Positions 54,384-64,000 of a DNA stretch of 64,000 bases are shown one piece after another (within the stretch, counting starts at the first letter, position 1; the number at the start of each line of letters is the position of its first letter). The DNA is from Sedimentisphaerales bacterium (lineage in GTDB: Bacteria; Planctomycetota; Phycisphaerae; Sedimentisphaerales; Anaerobacaceae), in the NCBI GenBank assembly GCA_963708075.1, contig OY970194.1, forward strand, positions 1,152,001 through 1,216,000, written 5' to 3'. The notes beneath the pieces were generated by a model. The model worked only from the letters and a program-made list of their open reading frames with translations, had not been told where the DNA came from and did no database searches. The translations under genes were made by a program, and so were the position numbers.

Positions 54384-57053
54384 GTGGAAGGGAATGAGAT
54401 GGAGCGTCTTTCGCACACCGCCCTGGAGGGTGTTTCACGCAACGGGTGTCGCTTCTGCAGGATCGCATCGCTTCTTGTCTTCGGGTGGTTGGTCCTCTGT
54501 ACATGTGTGGCGTCGACGGTTTCAGGCCGCCAGACGGGGACGAAGCCTTCGTCGGTGATCGTGGATGCCAACTATCCGGGCGGCAACATTATTGTCGAGC
54601 GGATCGAGGGCGATACCGTCTATCTTCGGCCGGACCTGCGGGACACGCAGGGCTGGTGGTTCTACTGGGGTTTCCGCGTCCGCGGCGTGCAGGGGCGGAC
54701 ATTGACGTTTCGCTTCAGCGGCGACAATCCAATCGGCGTGCGCGGTCCGGCCGTGAGCACCGACGGCGGTCGAACCTGGGCCTGGCTCGGCACAGAGGCT
54801 GTGCAGGAGGCGTCGTTCAAATACACCTTCCCGGCGAATGCGAGTGAGACCCGGTTCTGCCTGGCAGTGCCATATCAGGAGTCGAATCTCAGGGAGTTTG
54901 TCGGCAGGTACAAAGGCAGCCCGCACGTGAGTGTGCATGAGCTCTGCAAGAGCCGCAAGGGCCGGAGCGTCGAGCGCGTGCACGTCGGCAGGCTCGATGG
55001 CGATGCCAGGTTCAGGGTTCTTGTGACGGCGCGACATCATGCCTGCGAGATGATGGCGAACTACGCGATGGAGGGATTGCTGGAGGCCGTGCTGGCGGAT
55101 AATGACGATGGGTACTGGCTGCGGCGCAATGTCGAGGTCCTCGCGATTCCGTTCGTGGACAAGGATGGTGTCGAGGACGGCGACCAAGGCAAGAATCGCA
55201 AGCCCCGCGACCACAACCGCGACTACATCGGCCAGAGCATCCATCCATCCGTTGCCGCCCTGCGAACCTTCGTGCCGAACTGGTCGAATGGCAAACTGAC
55301 GGCGGCGTTTGACTTGCATTGTCCTTACATCCGCGGGCAGTACAACGAGGTTATCTACATCGTCGGCAGCTCCGATGAGGCGATGTGGCAACGGCAGCGC
55401 GAGTTCGGGCGGCTTCTCGAAACCGTGCAGAGCGGGCCGGTGGCTTATCATGCCTCCGACAACCTGCCCTTCGGCAAGGCCTGGAACACGGGGACGAACA
55501 CGAGCAGCGGCAAGAGCTTCAGCCAATGGGCGAGCGCCCTGGAGGACATCCGGCTGTCGGCGTCGTTCGAGATTCCCTATGCCAACGCGAGCGGCCAGCC
55601 GGTGACGGCCGACACCGCCCGTGCGTTCGGCCGCAGCCTGGCCAAGGCCATTCGCGCGTACCTGGAGCGCGTCAACGAACCTGACGGCAAGGCCACTTCG
55701 CCGCCGGTACGTGTCGATGGCGTGTTCCCGAGTCTGACGGTAATGGCGAAAGGCACGGGCAGCAATTCCGAGGCGGGCATCGGTGCCTTGATTCCCTGGG
55801 CACAGAAGCTCTGGGCGGTGGGGTACGTCGCGCACATCAGCGGGCAGGGCCTGGGCCTGTACGAGATCAGCGAGGACATGACGATGCGGCGGCACCCGGC
55901 CTCGGTCACGGGGACATTCGCCAACCGGATGGCGCATTGGCCGAGCGGGCAGGCCTTCATCGGCCCGTACGCGATTGACGCCGATGGCAATGTCCGCGTA
56001 ATCGAGGGCCTCAAGGGCGTTCGCCTGGCCGCCACGTGCGAGCACCTGACCGACCCGGCGAACAAGGTCTATTTCCTCGGCATGGAAGGGCGGTTCTGGG
56101 AGGCGGACGTCCATACGCTGGAGGTCACGCCGCTTTTCGATCTTGTGAAGGAGCTGGAGATCAACGCCACGCCGCACTTCAAGAGCGGCTATTCCGCCGC
56201 GGGACGCGTCGTCGTCGCGAACAACACCTATGACGAGCAGGAGTTCCAGGGCAAGCGTGACGCCGGACGCTTGGCCGAGTGGGACGGCAAAAAGTGGACG
56301 ATCATCGAGCGCAATCCTTTCGTCGAGGTCCACGGCAGCGCCGGCAGCGGCTCTTATGGCGGCAACACGATCTATGCGACCGGCTGGACCAGGTCGAGCG
56401 TCGTGCTGCGGGCGCTGGTCAAGGGCCAGTGGCAGCGATACCTGTTGCCGAAAGCGAGCCAGACGTGGGAGCACGCGTGGAACACGGAATGGATGCGGAT
56501 TCGCCACGCCGTCACGGAGCGGCTGCTGATGGATGCCCACGGCATGTTCTACGAGCTGCCGCCGTTCTCCTATGGCGGCCACATCTGGGGGATTCGCCCG
56601 ATTTGCTCGCACCTGCGCGTCGTGCCGGACTTCTGCTACTGGCGGGGCCTGTTCGTCATGGCCTCCGACCAGATCGACCACGACCAGGGCCAGCCGCAAT
56701 CCGGATTCTGGTTCGGCAATATCGATGACCTGTGGAAGATGGGCAAGCCTGCCGGCTGGGGCGGACCCTGGTGGAACGCGTCTGTTAAAGCAGGAGAGGT
56801 ATCTGACCCGTTCCTGATGACCGGGTTCGACAAAAAGGTGGTGCACCTCGCTCATCAGTCCGACCAGGAGGTGACGTTCACCGTGGAGGTCGATTTCCTC
56901 GGCGACGGGAGTTGGCGACCGTACAAGTCCTTCACGGTCGCCCCGCCGCAGCGGTATATCCATCACGAGTTCCCGAACGGTTTTTCCGCGCACTGGGTCC
57001 GCATAAGAGTAGACAAGGACTGCGTCGCTACTGTATACCTGTTCTACAACTGA
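54384..57053 (+). CDS. secreted M14-type zinc carboxypeptidase fused to an uncharacterised C-terminal domain
   Basis: TARHHACE, DGVEDGDQGKNR..DHNRDY, DLHCP and FEIPY motifs; ~450-aa Trp-rich C-terminal half; start uncertain. Confidence 0.8.
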   Translation: MEGNEMERLSHTALEGVSRNGCRFCRIASLLVFGWLVLCTCVASTVSGRQTGTKPSSVIVDANYPGGNIIVERIEGDTVYLRPDLRDTQGWWFYWGFRVRGVQGRTLTFRFSGDNPIGVRGPAVSTDGGRTWAWLGTEAVQEASFKYTFPANASETRFCLAVPYQESNLREFVGRYKGSPHVSVHELCKSRKGRSVERVHVGRLDGDARFRVLVTARHHACEMMANYAMEGLLEAVLADNDDGYWLRRNVEVLAIPFVDKDGVEDGDQGKNRKPRDHNRDYIGQSIHPSVAALRTFVPNWSNGKLTAAFDLHCPYIRGQYNEVIYIVGSSDEAMWQRQREFGRLLETVQSGPVAYHASDNLPFGKAWNTGTNTSSGKSFSQWASALEDIRLSASFEIPYANASGQPVTADTARAFGRSLAKAIRAYLERVNEPDGKATSPPVRVDGVFPSLTVMAKGTGSNSEAGIGALIPWAQKLWAVGYVAHISGQGLGLYEISEDMTMRRHPASVTGTFANRMAHWPSGQAFIGPYAIDADGNVRVIEGLKGVRLAATCEHLTDPANKVYFLGMEGRFWEADVHTLEVTPLFDLVKELEINATPHFKSGYSAAGRVVVANNTYDEQEFQGKRDAGRLAEWDGKKWTIIERNPFVEVHGSAGSGSYGGNTIYATGWTRSSVVLRALVKGQWQRYLLPKASQTWEHAWNTEWMRIRHAVTERLLMDAHGMFYELPPFSYGGHIWGIRPICSHLRVVPDFCYWRGLFVMASDQIDHDQGQPQSGFWFGNIDDLWKMGKPAGWGGPWWNASVKAGEVSDPFLMTGFDKKVVHLAHQSDQEVTFTVEVDFLGDGSWRPYKSFTVAPPQRYIHHEFPNGFSAHWVRIRVDKDCVATVYLFYN

Positions 57054-57101
57054 TTCGCGAGGCAGGGGGCAGATGATCACGCACTATTAAGGAGTCGAGA
57101 T

Positions 57102-58602
57102 ATGCAGCACATTGGCAAGCACATAGGTCCGGTCGTGGCCCTGTTTGTGTTGTTCGTTGGGCCGGCCGTGATGGGTCAGGACCTCGCCGAGTTCGAGAAA
57201 CGCCTGACGGAGTTCTCGCTGGATAATGGCCTGAAATTCCTCGTGCTCGAGCGCCACGAGGTCCCGGTCGTCTCCTTCCACACCTACGCCGATGTCGGTG
57301 CGGTCGATGAGGTCAAGGGGATCACCGGCATGGCCCACATCTTTGAGCACATGGCCTTCAAGGGCACCAAGACCATCGGCACGAAGAACTACCAGGCCGA
57401 AGCGGCCGCCATGGCGAAGATGGACGAGCTATTCAATGCCATCAAGCAGGAGAAACGCAAAGGCGACCAGGCGGACCCGGAGGTCCTCAAGAAGCTCCAA
57501 GAGCAGTTCGAGCAAGCAGGGGCTGAGGCGCAGAAGTACATCGTCAACGACGAATACGAGGAGGCGCTCACCCAGCAAGGCGCAGATGGTTTCAACGCCT
57601 ACACCAGCGAGGACGCGACGCAATACATCGTCAGTCTGCCGTCGAACAAGCTGGAGCTTTGGATGATGCTGGAAGCGGGGCGGTTCGCCAATCCGGTGCT
57701 GCGCGAGTTCTACAAGGAGAAGGACGTGGTCATGGAGGAGCGGCGGATGATGGAGAACTCGCCGACCGGGCGCCTGTACGAGGAGTTCCAGGGCATTGCG
57801 TTCCTGGCGCACCCGTACGGCGAGGGCGTGATCGGCCACATGAGCGACCTGCAGACCCTCACTCGCGGCGAAGCCGACGCATTTTTCCACAAATACTACG
57901 GCCCGAGCAATTTGACCATCGCGATTGTGGGCGACGCCGATCCGGCGAATGTGAAGCGATTGGCCCGGGAGTATTTTGCAGGCATTCCCAGCGGACCGAA
58001 GCCGGAGCCGGTCGAGACGGTCGAGCCGCCCCAGCGAGGCGAGCGGCGCGTCACGGTGGAAGACGCGGCACAGCCGATCATCCTGATCGGTTACCACCAG
58101 CCGAACGTGAATCATCCCGACAGCACGGTGCTTCAGGTCCTCGCCGATACCGTCGGCTATGGGCGGACCTCGAGACTGTACAAGAATCTCGTGAAAGATA
58201 AGAAGATCGCGGTCTCGGCCAACGCCGGACCGATGCTGAACAAGTATCCGGCCCTGTTCATATTCATGGCCGTGCCGGCTAAAGGCCGCACGAACCAGGA
58301 ATGCGAGCAGGCCATCTACGCGGAAATCGAGAAGTTCAAGACGGAGCTCGGTGACGCCGGAAGAGCTGCTCAAGGCGAAGACCCGCAGCCGGGCCGATCT
58401 GATTCGCCAGCTCGATTCCAACTCCGGGCTGGCCGCACAACTGACGTTTTACGAAGTGGTCACCGGCGACTGGCGCAATCTCTTCACCCAGTTGGACAGG
58501 ATCGACAAAGTGACCGCAGAGGATGTGCAGCGGGTAGCCAAGACGTATTTCACGACCAAGAATCGCACGGTCGGCACTATCGAAACGACCGCGAGCCGAT
58601 AA
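57102..58602 (+). CDS. M16 (pitrilysin-family) peptidase catalytic subunit; 1-bp insertion near 58350
   Basis: GMAHIFEHMAFKGT (HxxEH), FNAYTS, VVMEERR, HPY; C-terminus continues in ORF 58351-58602. Confidence 0.93.
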
Positions 58603-58614
58603 GGGGAGCCAGGT

Positions 58615-60195
58615 ATGAAAAACACGCCAATCACACGAGCTGTTCTGGTATTGATATGCGTCGCTCTGATCGCCGGATGCGCCGGCGGGACTTCGTCTCG
58701 ACCCAGCCCATCGGTGGCCAGCGAGCCTCAGACCTCGACGGGTGGCAGCGTCAAGGCCGAAGGCCTTGGCGATGGCGGATCGGTAAACCATCGCCAAGCT
58801 GCGCTTGACGCTGCCACCCAGACGCAGACGGGGCGGGGCTACAAGCAGTTGAAGTACCCGAAACTGCGCGACATCAAGGTGCCGGACGTGGAGCGGGTGA
58901 CCTTGCCCAATGGGATGCAATTGTTCCTGCTGGAGGACCATGAGCTTCCGCTGATCCACGTGTCGGCCGTGATTCGGACCGGCTCCGTGTACGAGCCGGC
59001 CGACAAAATCGGGCTGGCCGGCCTCACGGGCACCGTAATGCGCACGGGCGGCACGGCCAGCAAAACGGGCGATGAGATCGACGAGCAGTTGGAGCAAATC
59101 GCCGCGACGGTCGAGACGGGTATCGGTCGAAGCTCGGGCAGCGCATTCATGTCGGTGCTGAAGGAGGACGTCGATACAGGGCTTTCCATCCTGGCCGACG
59201 TGCTGATGAATCCGGCGTTTCGTGAGGACAAGATCGAGCTCGCCAAGATCTCCGCGCGCACCGGGATCGCCCGCCGCAACGATAACCCCGGCAGCATCGC
59301 ATCGCGGGAGTATGCCAAGCTGATCTATGGTCCCGAGAGCGCCTATGCCCGGCACACCGAGTATGCCACCATCGACAACATCAGTCGGGACGATATGGTG
59401 GCCTTGCATCGCAAATTCTACCACCCGAACAATACGATGATGGCCGTGTGGGGCGACTTCAAGACCGAGCAGATGGTCGCGAAGATCAAGGAGGTATTCA
59501 AGGACTGGCCCAAGGCCGATGTCGAGGTCCCGCCTGTCCCGGAGGTGAAATACGAATTCCGGTCCACGGTGAACGTCGTCACCAAGGAAGATATGAACCA
59601 GAGCGTCATACGGCTTGGCCACGTCGGCGGCGTGATGAGCGACCCGGACTACTTTGCGCTCATGGTGATGAACGAGATCCTGGGCAGCGGGTTCACCAGC
59701 CGGCTGTTCAAGAACGTGCGATCCCGGCAGGGGCTGGCCTACTCCGTTTTCGGCGTCTACTCGGCGGATTTCGACCATCCAGGCATGTTCTTCGTCGGGT
59801 CCCAGACGAAACTGCAGAGCACCGTCCACGCCACGGAGGCGATGATCGAGGAGGTGCGCAAGATGACGCAGAGCGAGGTCACGGATGAGGAGCTGGCCCT
59901 CGCGAAGGACAGCTTCCTGAACTCGTTCGTATTCAACTTCGAGAGCCGCGGCCAGATCGTCAATCGCCTGATGACCTACGTCTACTACGGCTACCCCGAG
60001 GACTTCCTGCAAAAGACGAAGGAGAATGTCGAGAAAGTGACGAAGGCGGACGTGCTGCGCGTGGCGAAAGAGCACCTGCGTCCCGACAAGGTCCAGATCC
60101 TGATCGTAGGCAAACCCGAGGAGCTGGACAAGCCCCCGTCCACCCTCGGCGAGGTGAAGGCCATCGACATCACGATCCCGTCACCGAAGCAGTGA
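58615..60195 (+). CDS. M16 peptidase non-catalytic partner, lipoprotein
   Basis: Lipobox IAGC; LPNGMQLFLLEDHELP; no HxxEH; SRLFKNVRSRQGLAY. Confidence 0.92.
   Translation: MKNTPITRAVLVLICVALIAGCAGGTSSRPSPSVASEPQTSTGGSVKAEGLGDGGSVNHRQAALDAATQTQTGRGYKQLKYPKLRDIKVPDVERVTLPNGMQLFLLEDHELPLIHVSAVIRTGSVYEPADKIGLAGLTGTVMRTGGTASKTGDEIDEQLEQIAATVETGIGRSSGSAFMSVLKEDVDTGLSILADVLMNPAFREDKIELAKISARTGIARRNDNPGSIASREYAKLIYGPESAYARHTEYATIDNISRDDMVALHRKFYHPNNTMMAVWGDFKTEQMVAKIKEVFKDWPKADVEVPPVPEVKYEFRSTVNVVTKEDMNQSVIRLGHVGGVMSDPDYFALMVMNEILGSGFTSRLFKNVRSRQGLAYSVFGVYSADFDHPGMFFVGSQTKLQSTVHATEAMIEEVRKMTQSEVTDEELALAKDSFLNSFVFNFESRGQIVNRLMTYVYYGYPEDFLQKTKENVEKVTKADVLRVAKEHLRPDKVQILIVGKPEELDKPPSTLGEVKAIDITIPSPKQ
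58740..58819. repeat. GGGTGGCAGC-family palindrome inside coding sequence
   Basis: GGGTGGCAGCGTCAAG...CTTGACGCTGCCACCC, closely similar to 19688-19777. Confidence 0.88.
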
Positions 60196-60434
60196 CCCTT
60201 GGGGCCTCCGTCCCCAAACCCCTGGCATTTTCCGCCTTGGGCCAATAGCATGACAGGAGAAGCAGAGAGCGCCCGTTCGTAGTGACGCCGTAAGGCGTTT
60301 CTCCGTAGGTTGCGCGTCCTCGCACGACCCTTTTGGCGAGGCCAAACGCATGCCGCGAGATGTTGCCGCAGAGTGGACTCCGAACTGGCACAGAGGAGCT
60401 TGTTTTGGTCCGAAGCATCTCGTACACTATTCAC

Positions 60435-60563
60435 ATGAGAGCGGCCAAGGATGATCTGCTTCGGGTGATTGATGAAAGCGGCAAAGACTACCTCTACCAT
60501 CGCAGCCAGTTTATCCTTGTTGAGTTTCCGGCAGAGGTAGAGCGGGCATTGACGAGGGTCTGA
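60435..60563 (+). pseudogene. 3' remnant of a small conserved hypothetical gene
   Basis: LRVIDESGKDYLY resembles a small-protein family motif I recall (RVIDESGEDYLY); N-terminus apparently missing. Confidence 0.5.
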
Positions 60564-60678
60564 CTGCTTATGCGGGGCGACCAAAAGGGCGCTGCGGGGA
60601 AAAGCAGAATGTCTCTTCTATTCGCCCTGGGCCGGATAGGTACGACAAGGCCGCGTACTCGCGAGAGGTCATTGAACT

Positions 60679-62052
60679 ATGCAGACAGTACTAGAGTATA
60701 TCAGGCATACAGGGCTGGTCGTCCGTGGCCACGTCAATATTGAAAAGGTTAGCCGCCTCTCGAAGGGCCAGGTCATAGACATCGCTGAGGATCTCGCGTC
60801 TCTGACGCGACCCGAAGAGCAGAATGCAGCAGGCGCAATCTGTACGCACTGCGCATCTGTCTCGTTGGGTGGCGGGCGTGACGACTGTGCCTGGGTAGAG
60901 TGCCGGAGGGAGCGTCTTGATGCTCTTGTGCGTTTCGCAGCATTCTACAGTGATCGTGTGTTCATACGCAACTTCTTCTGTGATTATGAGGACCATCAAG
61001 AATGCTCAGTAGACGAACTGGGGATGAGTCTGGCCGATGATGTGTCACTCATCCTCCACATCAGCCCATTATTGGAAAAGGGTCTACTGGCCCTTGCCTC
61101 GGAGGACTGTGTCTGTTTGGACTGCCTCGGAGAGGCACTGGGTTTTGGACCCAGATGTGGGCCAGAGTTCAAGCGTGCACGGGACAATCTCGCCAACGAA
61201 TTTCTCGACAGACTCTCTGCAACGGCAGTCCTGGAGCAAGGAGAGATATCGGTCGAAACATCGTGCCCAAAGCCGTACTCTGAGTGTGACCAGATTCTGA
61301 CGTGGCCTCAAACACCTTCCGCCCTGCGAGGCAAGGCGAGAATCATGAGCCAGCTTTCAACGGGGGCTCGGGTACGACTCTCTAAGACGATGATCAGGGC
61401 CTTGGGAGTCCACCGTGATCTCGCGGCGAACGTGGTGCATAGTGCGGTTTACCATGCGATCGTGAATCGCCATCTAAGCGCATCCTTTCTTACGAACAAA
61501 GAGTTGGAACTCGCTTTCTTGAACAGAGCTTCGGGCGACATGGCACTTGAACGAAGGAATGCAATCGCTATGAAACACCTAACCGCTCTTGTTCCTTTTG
61601 TCATTGACGTTCCTGTGAATAAGCTGTCTGCGCTACGCAGTCGAGAGGCAGAGAGTTTCTTGCGATTCCGTTCAGCATTCAACAAGACAATTGCTGAGTT
61701 CGGGAGTCGCGACAGCGGGTTCTCTGCCAAGGTAGCTCAGCAACTCTACGGTGATGTACTGGCGCCTGAATTGGCGCGACTCGACAATAAGGTGAAGAGG
61801 GCAAAGCGGGATCTAGTCAGTTCCGCAGCGCGACCACTTGTCGGCGTGGTTGGAGCAATCTCATTTGGCCTTCTGAGTGGCCTGATACCGGCGGAAGTGG
61901 CGCAGATTGCTCAGGCGGTTGGCATTACCTCATTTGGCTCAGCATTCGTTGAAAAGCTGATGGGACTTGGAGATGCCGAAAGAGCCGTTCAGCAGGACGA
62001 CTTCTACTTCCTTTGGAAAGTGAAAAGCCTTGCGAGGAGGCGGAAGGCGTAA
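60679..62052 (+). CDS. hypothetical protein, atypical composition
   Basis: 457-aa ORF with GAGG RBS; codon usage visibly less GC-biased than neighbours; Cys-rich N-half and hydrophobic C-terminal hairpin. Confidence 0.75.
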   Translation: MQTVLEYIRHTGLVVRGHVNIEKVSRLSKGQVIDIAEDLASLTRPEEQNAAGAICTHCASVSLGGGRDDCAWVECRRERLDALVRFAAFYSDRVFIRNFFCDYEDHQECSVDELGMSLADDVSLILHISPLLEKGLLALASEDCVCLDCLGEALGFGPRCGPEFKRARDNLANEFLDRLSATAVLEQGEISVETSCPKPYSECDQILTWPQTPSALRGKARIMSQLSTGARVRLSKTMIRALGVHRDLAANVVHSAVYHAIVNRHLSASFLTNKELELAFLNRASGDMALERRNAIAMKHLTALVPFVIDVPVNKLSALRSREAESFLRFRSAFNKTIAEFGSRDSGFSAKVAQQLYGDVLAPELARLDNKVKRAKRDLVSSAARPLVGVVGAISFGLLSGLIPAEVAQIAQAVGITSFGSAFVEKLMGLGDAERAVQQDDFYFLWKVKSLARRRKA

Positions 62053-62267
62053 CATCCTTGGCCTGCATGGCGGTGGAAAACGGGGGAACGGGACGGTGTC
62101 AGGTACTTTTTCATGCCGTCTCACAGATCACGTCTCACTAGTTCTTGCTGGTCTCTCTGGGTTGGGCCTGGAGCCAAATAACGGCGTATCTTTCTTCATA
62201 TCATGCAACTGGCCCAAAGCGCAAAATGCCAGGGGTTCGGGGACGGCGGCCCCGGTCGCAGATCCGT

Positions 62268-62296
62268 TTGACCGCAGGGGGGTGTTGCGGTATAAA
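62268..62296 (+). promoter_or_regulatory. putative sulfatase promoter
   Basis: TTGACC-17 nt-TATAAA. Confidence 0.55.
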
Positions 62297-62362
62297 AGCC
62301 GGCATGGTGTCGCTTGCGCAACGCCATTCTCTGGATTCGTACAACTCGTCGGAGAGAGATTG

Positions 62363-63799
62363 ATGCAGACGCGAAGAGAGTTTTTGAAGGTGGCGGGAGC
62401 GGCGGCGGTGGGGCTGGGGGCGGTTGTGCCTGGGTGCCGGAGCGTGGAAGAGGGGCGAAAAGAGGCGGGCTCGCGGGACAGGCCAAACATCATCTTCATT
62501 CTGGCGGACGATCTGGGGTATGGGGATCTTGGCTGCTATGGGCAGGAGACGATTCAGACGCCGAATTTGGATCGCATGGCCGCCGAGGGCATGATCTTCA
62601 CCGATCATTACTCCGGCACCTGCGTGTGTGCGCCGTCGCGATGTTCTCTGATGACCGGCTTGCATACGGGGCATGCATACATTCGCGGCAACAGCGAGGT
62701 CAAGCCGATGGGTCAGTTGCCTCTGCCGCCTGAGACCGTGACGGCACCGAAGCTCTTGAAGCAGGCCGGCTATACCACGGGCTTGGTCGGCAAGTGGGGC
62801 TTGGGCGGGCCGGACAGCACGGGCATTCCGAACAAGCAGGGCTTCGACTACTTCTTTGGCTATCTGTGCCAGCGCCACGCGCACAACTACTACCCGGAGT
62901 TCCTCTTTCGAAATGAGGAGCGCGTCCCGCTCGGCAACGAGGTCACGCCGGTCAATCCGCCCGGCGGCGTAGCGACAAAACGCGTTCAGTACTCCAGCGA
63001 TCTGTTCACGGCTGCGGCTCTCGATTTCGTATCGCGCAACAAACGCAAGCCGTTCTTCCTGTACCTGGCCTACACGATCCCGCATGCAAACAACGAGGCG
63101 AAGCAGGACGGCATGGAAGTGCCATCCTACGGCCCGTATGCGAACGAGAATTGGCCCAAGCCGCAGAAGGGCCACGCTGCCATGATCACGCGGATGGATG
63201 CGGATATCGGCAGGCTGTTCGCCCGGCTGAAAGCCCTCGGGCTCGACAAGAAAACGCTGGTGCTCTTCTCCAGCGACAACGGGCCGCACAAGGAGGGCGG
63301 GGCGGACCCGGATTTCTTCGACAGCAACGGAGCTTTGCGCGGCCAGAAGCGCGACCTCTATGAAGCCGGCATTCGCGTGCCGCTGATCGCCCGCTGGCCC
63401 GGCCGGATTGCCGCCGGCTCGGGGACGAATCACGTCTCGGCCTTCTGGGATTTCCTGCCGACCTGCTGCGACCTGGCCGGCGTCACGCCGCCGGAGAACA
63501 TCGACGGCATTTCCCTCCTGCCCACCTTGCTCGGGGAGCCGGAGCGACAACAGAAGCATCCGTACCTCTACTGGGAATTCCACGAGCAGGGCAAGAAACA
63601 GGCCGTGCGTATGGGCGATTGGAAGGCCGCCCGGCTGAACGCGGCCAAGGACCCGAACGGGCCCATCGAGTTGTACAACCTCAAGGACGATCTCGGCGAG
63701 GAGCACAACGTCGCCGGCCAGCACCCGGAAATCACAGGGCAAATGACCCAGATCATGAAGGCGGCACGGACCCCCTCGGAGCGGTGGCCGTGGCCGTGA
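62363..63799 (+). CDS. Tat-exported arylsulfatase (Cys-type, formylglycine-dependent)
   Basis: [45 protein letters not shown] and ELYNL..D..E motifs. Confidence 0.96.
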   Translation: MQTRREFLKVAGAAAVGLGAVVPGCRSVEEGRKEAGSRDRPNIIFILADDLGYGDLGCYGQETIQTPNLDRMAAEGMIFTDHYSGTCVCAPSRCSLMTGLHTGHAYIRGNSEVKPMGQLPLPPETVTAPKLLKQAGYTTGLVGKWGLGGPDSTGIPNKQGFDYFFGYLCQRHAHNYYPEFLFRNEERVPLGNEVTPVNPPGGVATKRVQYSSDLFTAAALDFVSRNKRKPFFLYLAYTIPHANNEAKQDGMEVPSYGPYANENWPKPQKGHAAMITRMDADIGRLFARLKALGLDKKTLVLFSSDNGPHKEGGADPDFFDSNGALRGQKRDLYEAGIRVPLIARWPGRIAAGSGTNHVSAFWDFLPTCCDLAGVTPPENIDGISLLPTLLGEPERQQKHPYLYWEFHEQGKKQAVRMGDWKAARLNAAKDPNGPIELYNLKDDLGEEHNVAGQHPEITGQMTQIMKAARTPSERWPWP

Positions 63800-63815
63800 T
63801 CTGCAGGAGGGCAGA

Positions 63816-64000
63816 ATGAGATCGTTGCGGCTGGCTTGTTGGGCATCGATACTGGTGTGGCTCGCGCCATCGATGGCGGCGGATCGCATCCGGCTCTCGG
63901 AGGACATGCTGATCAATCTCTCCGGTCAGCGGCCTGCTGTCGAACTCGTCGATGAGCAGGACCTTGCCGGCGATCCGCGCAAAGGCGATGCACAGCAACC
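63816..64000 (+). CDS. secreted protein, partial (runs off the window)
   Basis: AGGAGG RBS; MRSLRLACWASILVWLAPSMA signal peptide; open to the window end. Confidence 0.65.
   Translation, partial: MRSLRLACWASILVWLAPSMAADRIRLSEDMLINLSGQRPAVELVDEQDLAGDPRKGDAQQ

Larger units (their letters stand above)
60201..62253. mobile_element. candidate non-autonomous element bounded by 53-bp inverted repeats
   Basis: 60201-60253 matches the reverse complement of 62201-62253 at 47/53 positions; foreign-looking cargo; no transposase. Confidence 0.5.

Overview
High-GC bacterial chromosome segment, most likely a planctomycete (Phycisphaerae/Sedimentisphaerales-like), judged from 16S signatures, an ECF-sigma/Ser-Thr-kinase pair, PEP-CTERM-like VPAPG proteins and a Tat sulfatase. 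In order it carries: small membrane hypotheticals, phhB, an ECF sigma/kinase/PD40-LamG cluster, a CzcCBA-type efflux system, two tandem PEP-CTERM-like genes with a shared ~300-nt leader, a Gfo/Idh/MocA oxidoreductase, a beta-helix protein, a RelE/ParE toxin-antitoxin pair, GH44, iscS-mnmA, a clan-A glycosidase, an SGNH hydrolase and an M28 peptidase. A compositionally foreign island follows (IS630-interrupted gene, TM-HEPN gene, structured spacer, UG/Abi-type reverse transcriptase). After it come a solitary 16S rRNA gene, a kdpFABCD operon with a kinase-less KdpD, a stray 16S fragment, an HNH-AP2 gene, trmB, an isochorismatase-like gene, an M14 fusion, an M16 peptidase pair, a 2-kb cargo segment bounded by inverted repeats, and a sulfatase. 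Intergenic DNA is rich in several repeat families. About nine small indels split otherwise intact genes and are probably assembly errors. The best candidate for a new system is the HEPN + spacer RNA + RT locus (36.7-40.9 kb); the conserved PEP-CTERM leader RNA is second. All family calls come from reading motifs by eye; no searches were run.
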